Positions 9,393 through 19,711 of a stretch of 64,000 nucleotides of DNA are shown here, in pieces. Made by a program: the position numbers and the translations under genes. Below the pieces are notes generated by a model that was not told where the DNA came from, searched no databases, and was given only the letters and a program-made list of their open reading frames with translations. Source of the stretch: an uncultured Actinomycetes bacterium (GTDB taxonomy: Bacteria > Actinomycetota > UBA4738 > HRBIN12). The stretch spans positions 80,075-144,074 of the forward strand of contig CAWGKU010000008.1 in NCBI GenBank assembly GCA_963823255.1. The letters run 5' to 3'. The first letter of the stretch is position 1, and the number at the start of each line of letters is the position of its first letter.

Positions 9393-10370
9393 GTGAAGGA
9401 CATCGGTCTGGTCGGCGTTCCCTTCAGCGGGAAGTCGACCCTGTTCACCGCGCTCACGCGGACCGGCGGTCACGGGGGGCAGGCGAACCACGCGATCGTC
9501 CCCGTCCCCGACCCCCGCGTCGCCGTCCTGACCGAGATGGAGCGGTCGCGCAAGACCGTCCACGCGCAGGTCGGGTTCGTCGACGTCCCGGGTGGAACCG
9601 CCTCCGCCCAGGGGATCGCGAAGCTGCGTGAGGCGGACGCGCTCGCGATCGTCGTCCGATGCTTCGGGCCCGACGCGCAGCCGGCGTCCGAGGTCGCGGA
9701 GGTCCGGGCCGAACTGCTGCTCGCGGATCAGGCCGTGATCGAGCCGGCGCTCGAGAAGGCCGAGAAGCGGGCAAAGGGCAAGCCGACGCCCGAGGTGGAG
9801 GCGCTCGCCGCCGCCAACGCGGCCCTGCAGGCCGAGCTCCCCCTCTCGGACGCCGGGCTGTCCGAGGAGCACCGCCGCGAGCTCAAGCCGATCGCGCCGC
9901 TCACGATCAAGCCGTCGATCGTCGTCGCGAACCTCGAGGAGGGCACGGACGTGCCCGAGGGTCTGCCGGAGGGGACGGTCGGCGTGTACGCCTCGATCGA
10001 GGCCGAGACGGCCGAGATGGACGCTGAGGAGGCGCGGGCGCTCCTGGACGAGTTCGGGGTCCACGAACCCGGGCTCGAGACCGTCATCCGCGCCGGGTAC
10101 CGCGCGATCGACCTGATCACGTTCCTCACGACCGGGGACGACGAGACCCGCGCCTGGGAGGTCCGCAGCGGCGCCAAAGCGCCCGAGGCGGCCAGCGTGA
10201 TCCACACGGATCTCGAACGCGGCTTCATCCGCGCCGAGGTGATCTCGTACGACGAGCTGGTGGCGGCGGGCTCGATGGACGCCGCCAAGCAGGCGGGCAA
10301 GGTTCGGGTCGAGGGCAAGGACTACGAGGTCCGCGAGGGCGACATCCTCCACGTCCGCTTCGCGGTCTGA
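9393..10370 (+). CDS. ychF: redox-regulated ATPase YchF (Obg-like GTPase/ATPase family)
   Basis: P-loop GLVGVPFSGKSTLF and a C-terminal TGS-like region (IHTDLERGFIRAEV..VRVEGKDYEVREGDILHVRF). Confidence 0.85.
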   Translation: MKDIGLVGVPFSGKSTLFTALTRTGGHGGQANHAIVPVPDPRVAVLTEMERSRKTVHAQVGFVDVPGGTASAQGIAKLREADALAIVVRCFGPDAQPASEVAEVRAELLLADQAVIEPALEKAEKRAKGKPTPEVEALAAANAALQAELPLSDAGLSEEHRRELKPIAPLTIKPSIVVANLEEGTDVPEGLPEGTVGVYASIEAETAEMDAEEARALLDEFGVHEPGLETVIRAGYRAIDLITFLTTGDDETRAWEVRSGAKAPEAASVIHTDLERGFIRAEVISYDELVAAGSMDAAKQAGKVRVEGKDYEVREGDILHVRFAV

Positions 10371-10397
10371 CGGCTCCACCAGGTTCTGCCTCACTCG

Positions 10398-10417
10398 TCA
10401 CCAGCTATCCCTGGTGA
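10398..10417. promoter_or_regulatory. perfect inverted repeat TCACCAG-N6-CTGGTGA about 20 nt upstream of the -10 box of the mod operon; candidate operator
   Basis: 7-bp arms read directly from the sequence. The repeat sits between the ychF stop and the TAGACT box at 10437. Confidence 0.35.
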
Positions 10418-10450
10418 CTACTCCGACCGGACCCGCTAGACTCCCGCCCC

Positions 10451-10844
10451 ATGGGAGAGGAGACGTACCGGATCGGCGAAGCGGCCGCGATGCTCGGCGT
10501 GCGGGTCGAGACGCTTCGCCGCTGGGAACGAGAGGGCAAGACTCCGGACGACCCGGACGGCAGGCGGCCAGCGCCGGGTGGCCGCCGCGGAGGTTGCCCG
10601 GCTCCTCGCCGCGGGCCGCGAGCGCCCCAAGATCACCTCCGCCAGCGTCCGGAACCGGTTCGCGGGCACCATCACCGAGGTCAAGCGCGACAAGCTCGCG
10701 GCCACGGTAGAGATCCTCGCCGGCCCGCACCGGATCCTCGCGTTCGTTACGCGGGAGGCCGTCGACGAGATGGGGCTCGAGCCCGGGATGCAGGCCGTCG
10801 CCACGGTGAAGGCGACCAACGTGATGCTGGAGGTGGACGAGTGA
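10451..10844 (+). pseudogene. MerR/excisionase-type HTH plus Mop/TOBE molybdate-binding regulator; frame broken by an apparent 1-nt insertion at about 10541
   Basis: Frame 2 gives MGEETYRIGEAAAMLGVRVETLRRWEREGK. Frame 0 continues LRTTRTAGGQRRVAAAEVARLL...SVRNRFAGTITEVKRDKLAATVEILAGPHRILAFVTREAVDEMGLEPGMQAVATVKATNVMLE (Mop domain). Length is 3n+1. Confidence 0.75.
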
Positions 10845-11649
10845 AGAGGGTCCTGATCCTCGCGACCTCGGCGGTGCTGCTCCTTGCCGCCTGCAGCGAC
10901 TCGAACGACGACGGTGGGAGACGGGAACGACGGGGGCGAGCGGCGGGTCGGGCGGCGCCGAGGCCGAGCTCACCGTGTCGGCCGCCTCCTCGCTCACGGA
11001 AGCGTTCGGGGAGATCGGAGACGCGTTCGAGGCGGCGAACCCGGGCACGACCGTGACCTTCAACTTCGGGCCGTCGGACGGGCTCGCGGGCCAGATCAAC
11101 GAGGGGGCGCCGGTCGACGTCTTCGCCTCGGCGAGCCCGACCTGGATGGACTCGGTGCAGGACGACGGACCGGGCGTAACGGGTCGAGCGGACTTCGCGC
11201 AGAACCGGCTCGCGATCATCGTCCCGGCGGAGAACCCCGCCGGGATCGAGGACCTGAACGACCTGACCGAAGACCACCTGCAACTCGTCCTCGCAGCCGA
11301 GGGCGTCCCCGCGGGCGACTACGCGCGCGAGATCTTCCAGAACGCCGGGATCTCCAAGGCGGCGCTCGCGAACGTCGTCTCCAACGAGGAGGACGTGAAG
11401 GCCGTGATCACGAAGGTGATGTCGGGGGAGGCGGACGCTGGTATCGGGTACGTCACCGATGTGACGCCCGACGTGGCCGACCAGGTCACGCTCATCCCGA
11501 TCCCGGACGAGGTGAACGTCATCGCGACCTATCCGATCGCGGTCGTGAACGGATCCCAGGAGGCCCACCTCGCGCAGAACTTCGTCGACTACGTCCTTGG
11601 CGACGGACAGCAGACACTCGCCGAGTACGGCTTCCTCCCCCCTCCGTAG
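10841..11649 (+). pseudogene. modA: molybdate ABC transporter substrate-binding lipoprotein ModA; 1-nt deletion at about 10916-10920
   Basis: The GTG at 10841 (GTGA overlap with the regulator stop) gives the lipoprotein signal VKRVLILATSAVLLLAACSDSNDDGG. The next frame continues TGTTGASGGSGGAEAELTVSAASSLTEAFGEIG..., the ModA body. Length is 3n+2. Confidence 0.8.
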
Positions 11650-12424
11650 GGGGCGGATCCCGGCCGGCTTCGTCGTCCTCGCGACGCTCGGCGTCGCCCT
11701 CGTCGCGCTGCCCCTGTTGGGCCTGGTGCTTCGGACGCCCTGGTCCCGCATCGGCGAGATCCTCACGAGCGAGACCGCGGTCACGGCCTTACGGCTGTCG
11801 CTGATCGTCGCCACCACCGCGGCGGCCATCTCGTTCGTCCTCGGTTTCCCGCTCGCGTGGGTCCTCGTGCGCAGCACGTTCCCCGGCAAGACACTCGTCC
11901 GCGCGGTCGTCATCCTCCCCCTGGTCATGCCGCCCGTGGTCGCCGGCGTCGGACTGCTCGCAGCCTTCGGCCGGCGGAGCGGCCTCATCGGATCGTGGCT
12001 CTACGACTGGTTCGGCATCCAGCTCACGTTCACGACCGCCGCCGCGGTGCTCGCGGCCACCTTCGTCTCGTTCCCCCTCGCGGTGCTCGCCCTCGAGGCC
12101 GGCCTGCGGGGCCTAGACGAACGGTTGGAGGACGCGGCGGCCACCCTCGGGGCGTCCCGTTGGTACGTCCTTCGCCGGGTGACGCTCCCCCTGATGGGTC
12201 CGCAGATCGCGGCCGCGCTCGTGCTGTCGTGGGCGCGGGCGCTGGGCGAGTTCGGCGCGACGATCACGTTCGCGGGGAACCTGCAGGGACGGACCCAGAC
12301 GCTGCCGCTCGCCGTCTTCGAACAGCTGCAGACCGACACCGACGCGGCGTTCGCCGTCTCGATGCTGTTGATCCTTCTCGCGTTCGCCGTGATCCTCGCG
12401 CTCCGGGGTCGGTTCCTCCGATGA
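11597..12424 (+). CDS. modB: molybdate ABC transporter permease ModB
   Basis: The EAA-loop region DERLEDAAATLGASRWYVLRRVTLPL and six TM segments are present. The only in-frame start is TTG 11597, which overlaps modA by 53 nt, so the start is uncertain. Confidence 0.8.
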   Translation: MATDSRHSPSTASSPLRRGRIPAGFVVLATLGVALVALPLLGLVLRTPWSRIGEILTSETAVTALRLSLIVATTAAAISFVLGFPLAWVLVRSTFPGKTLVRAVVILPLVMPPVVAGVGLLAAFGRRSGLIGSWLYDWFGIQLTFTTAAAVLAATFVSFPLAVLALEAGLRGLDERLEDAAATLGASRWYVLRRVTLPLMGPQIAAALVLSWARALGEFGATITFAGNLQGRTQTLPLAVFEQLQTDTDAAFAVSMLLILLAFAVILALRGRFLR

Positions 12425-13494
12425 CGCTCGTTGTCGACGTCACCGCGCGGCGCGGGGCGTTCGAGGTCCGGGCGGCGTTCGAAGCCGAGGCCGGTCGGAC
12501 GGTCGCGCTCCTGGGACCCAACGGCTCCGGGAAGTCGACGCTCGTCTCGACGATCGCCGGTCTGCTGCCTCCGGTCGAGGGGACGATCGCGCTCGACGAT
12601 CTGGTCCTGGACGACGCCGCGAGCCGCGCGCACGTCCCGCCCGAGCGACGGCCGATCGGCGTGGTCTTCCAGGACCTGCTGCTGTTCCCCCACCTGTCCG
12701 CGACCGAGAACGTCGCGTTCCCGCTCCGAGCGCGCGGCGTACCCAAACCGGAGGCGCGCGAACGCGCGTCCGGGCTCCTCGAACGGCTCGGTCTCGCGAA
12801 CCGCGCCGACGCGCGACCGGGCGACCTCTCCGGTGGCGAGGCGCAGCGGGTCGCGCTCGCCCGGGCGCTGGTCGTCGAACCCAGCCTGCTGCTCCTGGAC
12901 GAACCGCTTTCGGCGCTCGACGTCGGCGCGCGCATGCGCGTTCGGGAATTCATCCGGGACGAGCTCGCGAGCTTCCCGGGGGTCCGGGTGATCGTGACGC
13001 ACGACCCGGTCGAAGCGTCCGTGCTCGCCGAGCGCCTGGTGCTGCTCGAGGACGGCAAGGTGTCGCAGACCGGGACGCCCGAGGAGATCCGCGCCGCGCC
13101 GCGGTCGCGCTACGCCGCGGACCTCGTCGGCGTCAACGCGTTCCGCGGGATCCTGGAGCCGCTCGAGGTGGGCGCCGGACTGCTGGTCACGGGAGACGGC
13201 GACATCGTGGCCCCCTGGCCCGAAGGGTTCACGGGCGGCGAGGTGATCGGCCTGCTCCGTCCCGCCGACGTCACGCTCTCGCTCGATCTGCCGGACGGAT
13301 CGGCTCGCAACGTGGTGCAGGGCCGCGTGACGTCGATCTCGGTGGAAGGGGACCGCGCCCGCGTGCGCATCGCGAGCGGGCCGCCCCTCGTTGCAGAGGT
13401 CACCCTGGCATCGGTGGAGCGCCTCGGGCTGCGAGACGGCGTCGTCACGTGGGCTTCGTTCAAGGCCGTGGAGGTGGAGATCCTGCCCACGTGA
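12421..13494 (+). CDS. modC: molybdate ABC transporter ATP-binding protein ModC with C-terminal TOBE domain
   Basis: Walker A GPNGSGKST, signature LSGGEAQRVALARAL and Walker B LLLLDEP are present. The start forms an ATGA overlap with the modB stop. Confidence 0.85.
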   Translation: MTLVVDVTARRGAFEVRAAFEAEAGRTVALLGPNGSGKSTLVSTIAGLLPPVEGTIALDDLVLDDAASRAHVPPERRPIGVVFQDLLLFPHLSATENVAFPLRARGVPKPEARERASGLLERLGLANRADARPGDLSGGEAQRVALARALVVEPSLLLLDEPLSALDVGARMRVREFIRDELASFPGVRVIVTHDPVEASVLAERLVLLEDGKVSQTGTPEEIRAAPRSRYAADLVGVNAFRGILEPLEVGAGLLVTGDGDIVAPWPEGFTGGEVIGLLRPADVTLSLDLPDGSARNVVQGRVTSISVEGDRARVRIASGPPLVAEVTLASVERLGLRDGVVTWASFKAVEVEILPT

Positions 13495-13617
13495 GGTGGG
13501 AACGATGCGAGGCCACGGAGGTGATGATCGCAACCGGCTCGTAGGCGGGCCGGTGCGACCGTCCGTCGGGCACGACCTCCCGTCCTAGCGGGACCGAACA
13601 CGTATCCTTGACCACCC

Positions 13618-14391
13618 ATGGCCGAGATCGAGCCCGCACACGACGCCGCCCGCGGCGAGCCCGACGGCGTCGCGCTCCGCACCTCCGAGCCCGCGCCGCC
13701 GCTGCTCGCGACCGGCGAGACCGACCCCAAGCCGAGCGCGGACGTGCTCGATCGCGAGGGGAAGCCGGAGGAGCCGGACGACGAGGACCGCGGCTCGGTC
13801 GGGCGCCGGTTCATCGGTTCGACACCGTTCCTGATCTTCGTCGCGCTCGCGGTCGCGATCTTGGTGAAGACCTTCGTGATCCAGGCCTTCTACATCCCCT
13901 CCGAGTCGATGGTCCCGACGCTCGAGGTCGGCGACCGCGTCTTCGTGAGCAAGTTCATGTTCGACGGCGGGGACGTGGCGCGCGGGGACGTGATCGTGTT
14001 CGAGAACCCGAACGCGGCCGAGCTCCCCGACCGCAGCGGGATCAGCAGCGTCCTGCACTGGCTCGGCGAGGGCGTTGGGCTCGCGCAGCCCGAGAACGAG
14101 GACTTCATCAAGCGGGTGATCGCGCTGCCCGGGGAGACGATCGAGATCCGCCACGACGTCGTCTACATCGACGGGGAACCGCTCGACGAGCCGTACCTGA
14201 CCCAGGCGGCGAAGGACGCGACCGGCGACTACCCGCTGCACACCGTCCCCGACGACGCGCTCTTCGTGATGGGCGACAACCGCGGCAACTCGGCGGACAG
14301 CCGGTACGGCTTGGGCTTCGTCCCGCTCGACAAGGTGATCGGCAAGGCGTTCGTGCTGATCTGGCCGCCGTCGCACATCGGCGGGATCTAG
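13618..14391 (+). CDS. lepB: signal peptidase I
   Basis: S26 boxes IPSESMVPTLEVGDRVFV, GDVIVF, FIKRVIALPGE and FVMGDNRGNSADSR are present. Confidence 0.9.
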   Translation: MAEIEPAHDAARGEPDGVALRTSEPAPPLLATGETDPKPSADVLDREGKPEEPDDEDRGSVGRRFIGSTPFLIFVALAVAILVKTFVIQAFYIPSESMVPTLEVGDRVFVSKFMFDGGDVARGDVIVFENPNAAELPDRSGISSVLHWLGEGVGLAQPENEDFIKRVIALPGETIEIRHDVVYIDGEPLDEPYLTQAAKDATGDYPLHTVPDDALFVMGDNRGNSADSRYGLGFVPLDKVIGKAFVLIWPPSHIGGI

Positions 14392-14409
14392 CCCGAACGG
14401 CTCGAGCAC

Positions 14410-16756
14410 TCAGACGGGCGCCGGCGGCGCGCCCGGACCCACCGGTCGTTCGGGTGGCAGGAACAACCGGGCGAACGACCAGACCAGCGCCGCGATCCCG
14501 AACGACGCCAGCCACACGATCAACGGCGGCGGGTACAGCGCGAAGAACTCCCTCGTGGCGGGGAACACCATCACGAGCCCGAACAGCGCGGGCATCGACC
14601 AGACCAACGCGAGCCGCCAGGCCGTGAGCGGCGCCGCGATGATCGTCAGCACGAGGAACCCGATGTAGAGCAGCACCATCGTGGCGGCCGTCCGGGCCTC
14701 GGCGAGCGAGATCCCCGGCTCCTGCTTCGCGAGCACGTAGCCGAGGAACGTGGCGATCGCCGCGAGCGAGCCTGCCGGGATCGTGAACCGCAGGACACGT
14801 GCGAGGAACCCGGGTCGGGCGCGTTCGTCGTTGGGGGCGAGCGCGAGGAAGAACGAAGGGATCCCGATCGTGAGCGCGCCGATCAGCGTCAGCTGCCTCG
14901 GCAGGAACGGGAACTCCAGCCCGACCACCCCGACGCCGAGCGCGATCAGCATCGCGTAAACGGTCTTCGTCACATACAGGTTCGACGTGCGTTCGATGTT
15001 GCCGAGCACCCGGCGACCCTCGCCCACGACCGACGGCATCGCGTCGAACGTCGAGTCCAGCAGCACGAGCTGTGCGACCGCGCGGGTCGCCGAGCTCCCC
15101 GAGCCCATCGCGACCCCGATGTCGGCGTCCTTCAGCGCGAGCACGTCGTTCACGCCGTCGCCGGTCATCGCGACGACGTGCCCTCGAGACTGGAGCGCCT
15201 CGACCATCGCGCGCTTCTGCTGCGGGGTCACGCGCCCGAAGATCGCGTGCGTCTCGAGCACCTCGGCGAGCTCCTCGCCGCCCTCCGGGAGCGCCTTCGC
15301 GTCGAACGGCGCATCGGCGCCCGGGAGGCCCACGCGGCGTGCGACCGCGGCCACGGTCGCGGGGTGGTCGCCGCTGATCACCTTGACCTGCACGCCCTGC
15401 CGCGCGAAGTACGCGAGTGTGGTCGACGCCGTCTCGCGAACCCGGTCGGTCAGGATCACGAAGGCGACGGGGACGAGCCGATCCGGTCGACGATCGGTTC
15501 CGATCGGGGCCTCGGTGCGGCCGAGGAGGACCACGCGCCGTCCCGCCTCGGCGTGCGCGCGCGCCTTCGCGAGGTGGCGGTCGTCGTCCGGTGAGCCGAG
15601 GAGCACGTCGGGCGCGCCGAGCACCCACGTCCCCCGTGTCCCGAAGTCGGCGCCGCTCCACTTGCGGGCGGACGAGAACGGGACGGGTCGAGGAGGCGAG
15701 CCATCCGTCCGGGGCGTCGGGGAAGCCCTCGCGGATCGCGAGGAGGGTGGCGTTCGGGTGGGGTTCGGCGGCGGCGAGGGCCGCGAGCGCGTCGCGGTGG
15801 ACACCGTCCTCGCCGAGCAGCTCGACCTCGTCGACGACCAGACGACCCTCGGTGAGGGTGCCCGTCTTGTCGATGCACAGGACGTCGACGCGCGCGAGCA
15901 CCTCGACCGCCGGCAGCTCCTGCACCAGCACGCGACGCTTGGCCAGCCGGACGACGCCGACCGCGAACGCCACGCTCGTCAGGAGCACGAGACCCTCCGG
16001 CACCATCGCAACGGTGCCGGCGACCGCACCTCGGAGCGCGTCGAGCACGTTCGAGTTCGAACGGAGCTGGCTGACGAAGAGCAGCGCCGCGGTCGGGATC
16101 AGCAACCACGTCACGATCCGAAGGATCTTGTCGATCCCGCTCCGCAGCTCCGAACGCGTCAGGCTGAACCGCCGCCCCTGCTCGGCGAGCTGCGCCGCGT
16201 ACGCCTGCGCGCCGACACGCGTGGCCCGGAACCGTCCGCTCCCCGCCGCGACGAACGACCCCGACAGCACCTCGTCGCCCGGCGCCTTGATCGCGGGTTC
16301 GGCCTCGCCGGTCAGCAGCGATTCGTCGACCTCGAGCGCGGCGGCCTCGAGCACCTCGCCGTCGACCACGATCTGATCGCCCGGTTGGAGCTCGAGCACG
16401 TCGTCGAGGACGACCTCGGTCAGCGGCATCTCGCGGACCTGGCCGTCGCGAACGATCCGCGCATGCGGCGACGTCAGCACTGCCAGCGAGTCGAGCGTCC
16501 GCTTCGCGCGCAGCTCCTGGTAGATCCCAACGCCGGCGTTCGCGACCAGCACGAACCCGAACAGCGCGTCCTGGATCGGGCCGACGATCAGGATCACCAC
16601 CAGGAGCGAGCCGAGCAGCGCGTTGAACCGCGTGAAGACGTTGGCTCGGACGATCTGCCCGACCGTGCGCGAGGGAACGGCCGGCACGTCGTTGACCTGG
16701 CCGCGCGCGACGCGCTCGGCGACCTCCTGCGCGGTCAGGCCCTCGGTGGTGGGCAC
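14410..16756 (-). pseudogene. cation-translocating P-type ATPase (HAD-IC, P2-like); frame broken by a 1-nt indel at about 15675-15695
   Basis: The N-terminal frame carries GLTAQEVAERVARGQVN, TGEAEP and CIDKTGTLTEG, up to ...PDGWLASSTRPV. The second frame continues PFSSARKWSG...MTGDGVNDVLALKDADIGVAMG to the stop at 14410. Length is 3n+1. Confidence 0.8.
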
Positions 16757-16764
16757 GGTGCGCG

Positions 16765-18219
16765 CTATCGGACGCCCGGGGTGTCTCGCTCCGCCCGCCA
16801 CCACTCGTCGAGCTGGCGGAACGCCTCGTCCTCGTCGAGCGGACCGCGTTCGAGGCGGAGCTCCATCAGGTGATCGAGCGCGCGTCCCACCTCCGGCCCG
16901 GGCGGGATCCCGAGGTGTTCCATCACCTGACCGCCGTCGAGCGGCGGGCGCATCGCGTCGAGGTTCTCCTCCTCGGCGAGGCGCGCGATCCGTTCCTCCA
17001 AGTCGTCCTGCAGCGCCTCCAGCTTCTTCGCCTTGAACCGGTTCTGCGTCGTGCAGTCGGCACGGGTGAGCTGGTTGAGCTTGTCGAGCAGCGGCCCCGC
17101 GTCCCGGACGTACCGGCGGACCGCGCTGTCGCTCCACTCGGTGTAGCCGTGGAAGCGCAGGTGCATCTCGACGAGCCGGGCGACGTCGTCCACGACGTGC
17201 GCCGGGTACCGCAGCGCCTGGAGGCGTTCGCGAGCCATGCGCGCGCCCACGACCTCGTGGTGGTGGAACGAGACGCCGTCGGGCGTGATCTCGCGCGTCT
17301 TGGGCTTGCCGACGTCGTGGAGCAGCGCCGCGAGCCGGAGCGTCGGATCGCTCGGGTCGGCCTCCGTCTTCTCGACCACGGCGAACGTGTGGTGCAGCAC
17401 GTCCTTGTGCTTGTGCACGGGGTCCTGCTCGAGTTGGAGCGCGGCGAGCTCGGGCAGGAACTCCTGCGCGAGACCGGTCGAGACCACCAGCTCCAGGCCG
17501 CGCGAGGGGGCGGCTGCGGTCAGCAACTTGGTGAGCTCGTCGCCGATCCGTTCCGCCGACACGATCTCGAGGCGGTCGTGCATCTGCTCGATCGCCCGCA
17601 CCACGCGCGGGGCAGGGACGAGCTCGAGTTGGGCGGCGAACCGGGCCGCACGGAGCATCCGCAGCGGGTCGTCCGAGAACGCGATCTCGGGGTCGAGCGG
17701 CGTGTCGAGCCGCTTGGCCGCGAGATCCTTCACGCCGCCGAACGGATCGACGAACTCGCCCTCGGGCAGCCCGATCGCCATCGCGTTCACGGTGAAGTCG
17801 CGACGGGACAGGTCGGTCTGCAGGTCCTTGCCGAACGTCACGGCAGGCTTGCGGTGCTCCTCCGCGTAGACCTCCTCGCGGAAGGTCGTGATCTCGAGGA
17901 CCTGGTCCCCCTTGCGGGCGCCGACCGTCCCGAACTTCACGCCGACCAGGTACAGGCGCTCGGCCCACCCGCGCAGGACCTTCGTCGTCTCGCGCGGGAC
18001 GGCGTCGGTCGCGAAGTCCAGATCGCTCCCGAGCACCCGCCCCAGCAGCAGTTCCCGCACCGCGCCACCCACGAGGTAGAGCTCGTGACCGGCCAGGCGG
18101 AAACGCTCGCCGAGCTCGGTGGCGATCGGGGGGATCTCGAGGCGTGCGCCGCCGTTCGGACGCGACCGGTCGGCCATGACGGGCTCAGGATACCCCTGCG
18201 TCCCAGGCCCACCGCTCAC
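16765..18219 (-). CDS. cca: CCA-adding tRNA nucleotidyltransferase / poly(A) polymerase family (PcnA-like) with HD domain
   Basis: Motifs LVGGAVRELLLG..DLDFAT, RRDFTVNAM and HD-region LLHDVGKP are present. Position matches Rv3907c in the conserved block. The start could be M15 (18177). Confidence 0.85.
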   Translation of the reverse strand: MSGGPGTQGYPEPVMADRSRPNGGARLEIPPIATELGERFRLAGHELYLVGGAVRELLLGRVLGSDLDFATDAVPRETTKVLRGWAERLYLVGVKFGTVGARKGDQVLEITTFREEVYAEEHRKPAVTFGKDLQTDLSRRDFTVNAMAIGLPEGEFVDPFGGVKDLAAKRLDTPLDPEIAFSDDPLRMLRAARFAAQLELVPAPRVVRAIEQMHDRLEIVSAERIGDELTKLLTAAAPSRGLELVVSTGLAQEFLPELAALQLEQDPVHKHKDVLHHTFAVVEKTEADPSDPTLRLAALLHDVGKPKTREITPDGVSFHHHEVVGARMARERLQALRYPAHVVDDVARLVEMHLRFHGYTEWSDSAVRRYVRDAGPLLDKLNQLTRADCTTQNRFKAKKLEALQDDLEERIARLAEEENLDAMRPPLDGGQVMEHLGIPPGPEVGRALDHLMELRLERGPLDEDEAFRQLDEWWRAERDTPGVR

Positions 18220-18254
18220 CGAACGCCACGAGGACCTGCGGTACGGTCCGAACC

Positions 18255-18617
18255 GTGCGCCCCGCGGAATGGCTCGGGTTCTTCTGGACGGTGCCGAACA
18301 CGGTCCTCGGGCTCCTGCTCGGCGGGCTCACGTTCCAGGCGCCGCGCGCGCACGGCGGCGCGATCGTGTTCGACCGCGTACCACGCGGGCTGACCCGGCT
18401 GCTCCGATCGATGCGCCGGAACGCGATGACGGTCGGGTTCGTGATCGTCGCCGCGGTCCCCGTCGAGGGGCGGCTGCTTGTCCACGAACGCCATCACATC
18501 CGCCAGTACATGGTGTGGGGGCCGTTCTTCATCCCCGTCTACCTGCTGTTGGCGATCCCGTTCGGCTACCGCCGGCACCCGATGGAGCGGGCTGCCCGCC
18601 GCGCGGCGGGCGAGTAA
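18255..18617 (+). CDS. small polytopic membrane protein with an HExxH-like motif (HERHH)
   Basis: 120 aa with 3 hydrophobic segments. The motif VHERHHIRQY lies before the last TM. A TACGGT -10 box is 7 nt upstream of the GTG. Confidence 0.5.
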   Translation: MRPAEWLGFFWTVPNTVLGLLLGGLTFQAPRAHGGAIVFDRVPRGLTRLLRSMRRNAMTVGFVIVAAVPVEGRLLVHERHHIRQYMVWGPFFIPVYLLLAIPFGYRRHPMERAARRAAGE

Positions 18618-18633
18618 CCGTGAGGAGCGCGGT

Positions 18634-19707
18634 TCAGCTCCTGGTGAGCGTCCCGCGGAGCGCGAGTACGAAGTCGTGCGGGCTCGTCGAGGCGAACCGG
18701 GCGTCCTCCTCGGTCACGAGGCCGCTCTCGACCAGACCCACGAGCGCCTGGTCGAACGTCTGCATGCCGTAGAAGGCACCCTCGCCGATGATGTCGCGGA
18801 TCTCGATCGTCGCCTCGGGATCGATGATCCGGTCGTAGACCCGGCCGGTCGAGACGAGCACCTCGACGGCGGGGACGCGCCCCTTGCCGTCGGCGCGGGT
18901 CACGAGGCGCTGCGACACGATCCCGCGGAGCGCGCCCGCGAACGACGTGCGCACTTCGCGCTGCTGCTGGGCGGGGAACAGGTCGAGCAGCCGGTTGATC
19001 GTCTCGGTCGAGTCGATCGTGTGCATCGTCGAGATCACGAGGTGCCCGGTCTCCGCGGCCTGGATCGCCGACAGCGCCGACTCGGGGTCGCGGATCTCGC
19101 CGACGAAGATCACGTCGGGGTCCTGCCGCACGACGTGCCGGAGGGCCGCCGCGTACGTATCCGTGTCGAGCCCGACCTCGCGCTGCTGGATGATCGCGCG
19201 ATCGTCGTCGTGCACGACCTCGATCGGGTCCTCGATCGTCACGATGTGTGCGCGCCGGGTGCGGTTGATGTGGCCGATCATCGACGCGATCGTCGTGGTC
19301 TTGCCGGTGCCCGTCGGACCCGTCACGAGCACCAGCCCGCGGGCAGAGTCGGCGAGTTCGGCCATCACGGGGGGGAGCATCAGCTCGGCCACCGTCGGGA
19401 CCTCCGAACGCACCCGCCGGATCGCGAGCCCCACCATCGAACGCTGCCGGAACACGTTGATCCGGAACCGCCCGACGCCCGCCAGCGTGTAGCCGAAGTC
19501 GGCCTCGCTCGTGGCCTCGAACTCGCGTCGCTTGTGCTCGGGCATGAGCGCGAGGGCGGCGGCCTCCGTGTCGGCGGCCGACATGGCCCCGAACGCCGTG
19601 GGGCTCAGCTCCCCGTCGACGCGCACGAAGGGCACGTTGCCCGCCTTCAGGTGCAGGTCGCTGGCGCCCACCTCGACCGTGTGCCGGAGCAGCTCGGTGA
19701 TCTCCAC
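18634..19707 (-). CDS. pilT: type IV pilus retraction ATPase PilT family
   Basis: Walker A GPTGTGKTT, Asp box, Walker B and His box (HLVISTMHT) are present, along with the PilT-type AIRHVVRQDPDVIFVGEIRD region. Confidence 0.85.
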   Translation of the reverse strand: MEITELLRHTVEVGASDLHLKAGNVPFVRVDGELSPTAFGAMSAADTEAAALALMPEHKRREFEATSEADFGYTLAGVGRFRINVFRQRSMVGLAIRRVRSEVPTVAELMLPPVMAELADSARGLVLVTGPTGTGKTTTIASMIGHINRTRRAHIVTIEDPIEVVHDDDRAIIQQREVGLDTDTYAAALRHVVRQDPDVIFVGEIRDPESALSAIQAAETGHLVISTMHTIDSTETINRLLDLFPAQQQREVRTSFAGALRGIVSQRLVTRADGKGRVPAVEVLVSTGRVYDRIIDPEATIEIRDIIGEGAFYGMQTFDQALVGLVESGLVTEEDARFASTSPHDFVLALRGTLTRS

Positions 19708-19711
19708 GTGC

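Noticed and set aside
14108-17968. 1286-aa minus-strand ORF
   Set aside because: It is a composite. Only the segment at about 15690-16756 in this frame is real, namely the N-terminal two-thirds of the P-type ATPase. The rest is an out-of-frame shadow of lepB, the ATPase C-terminus and the CCA enzyme.
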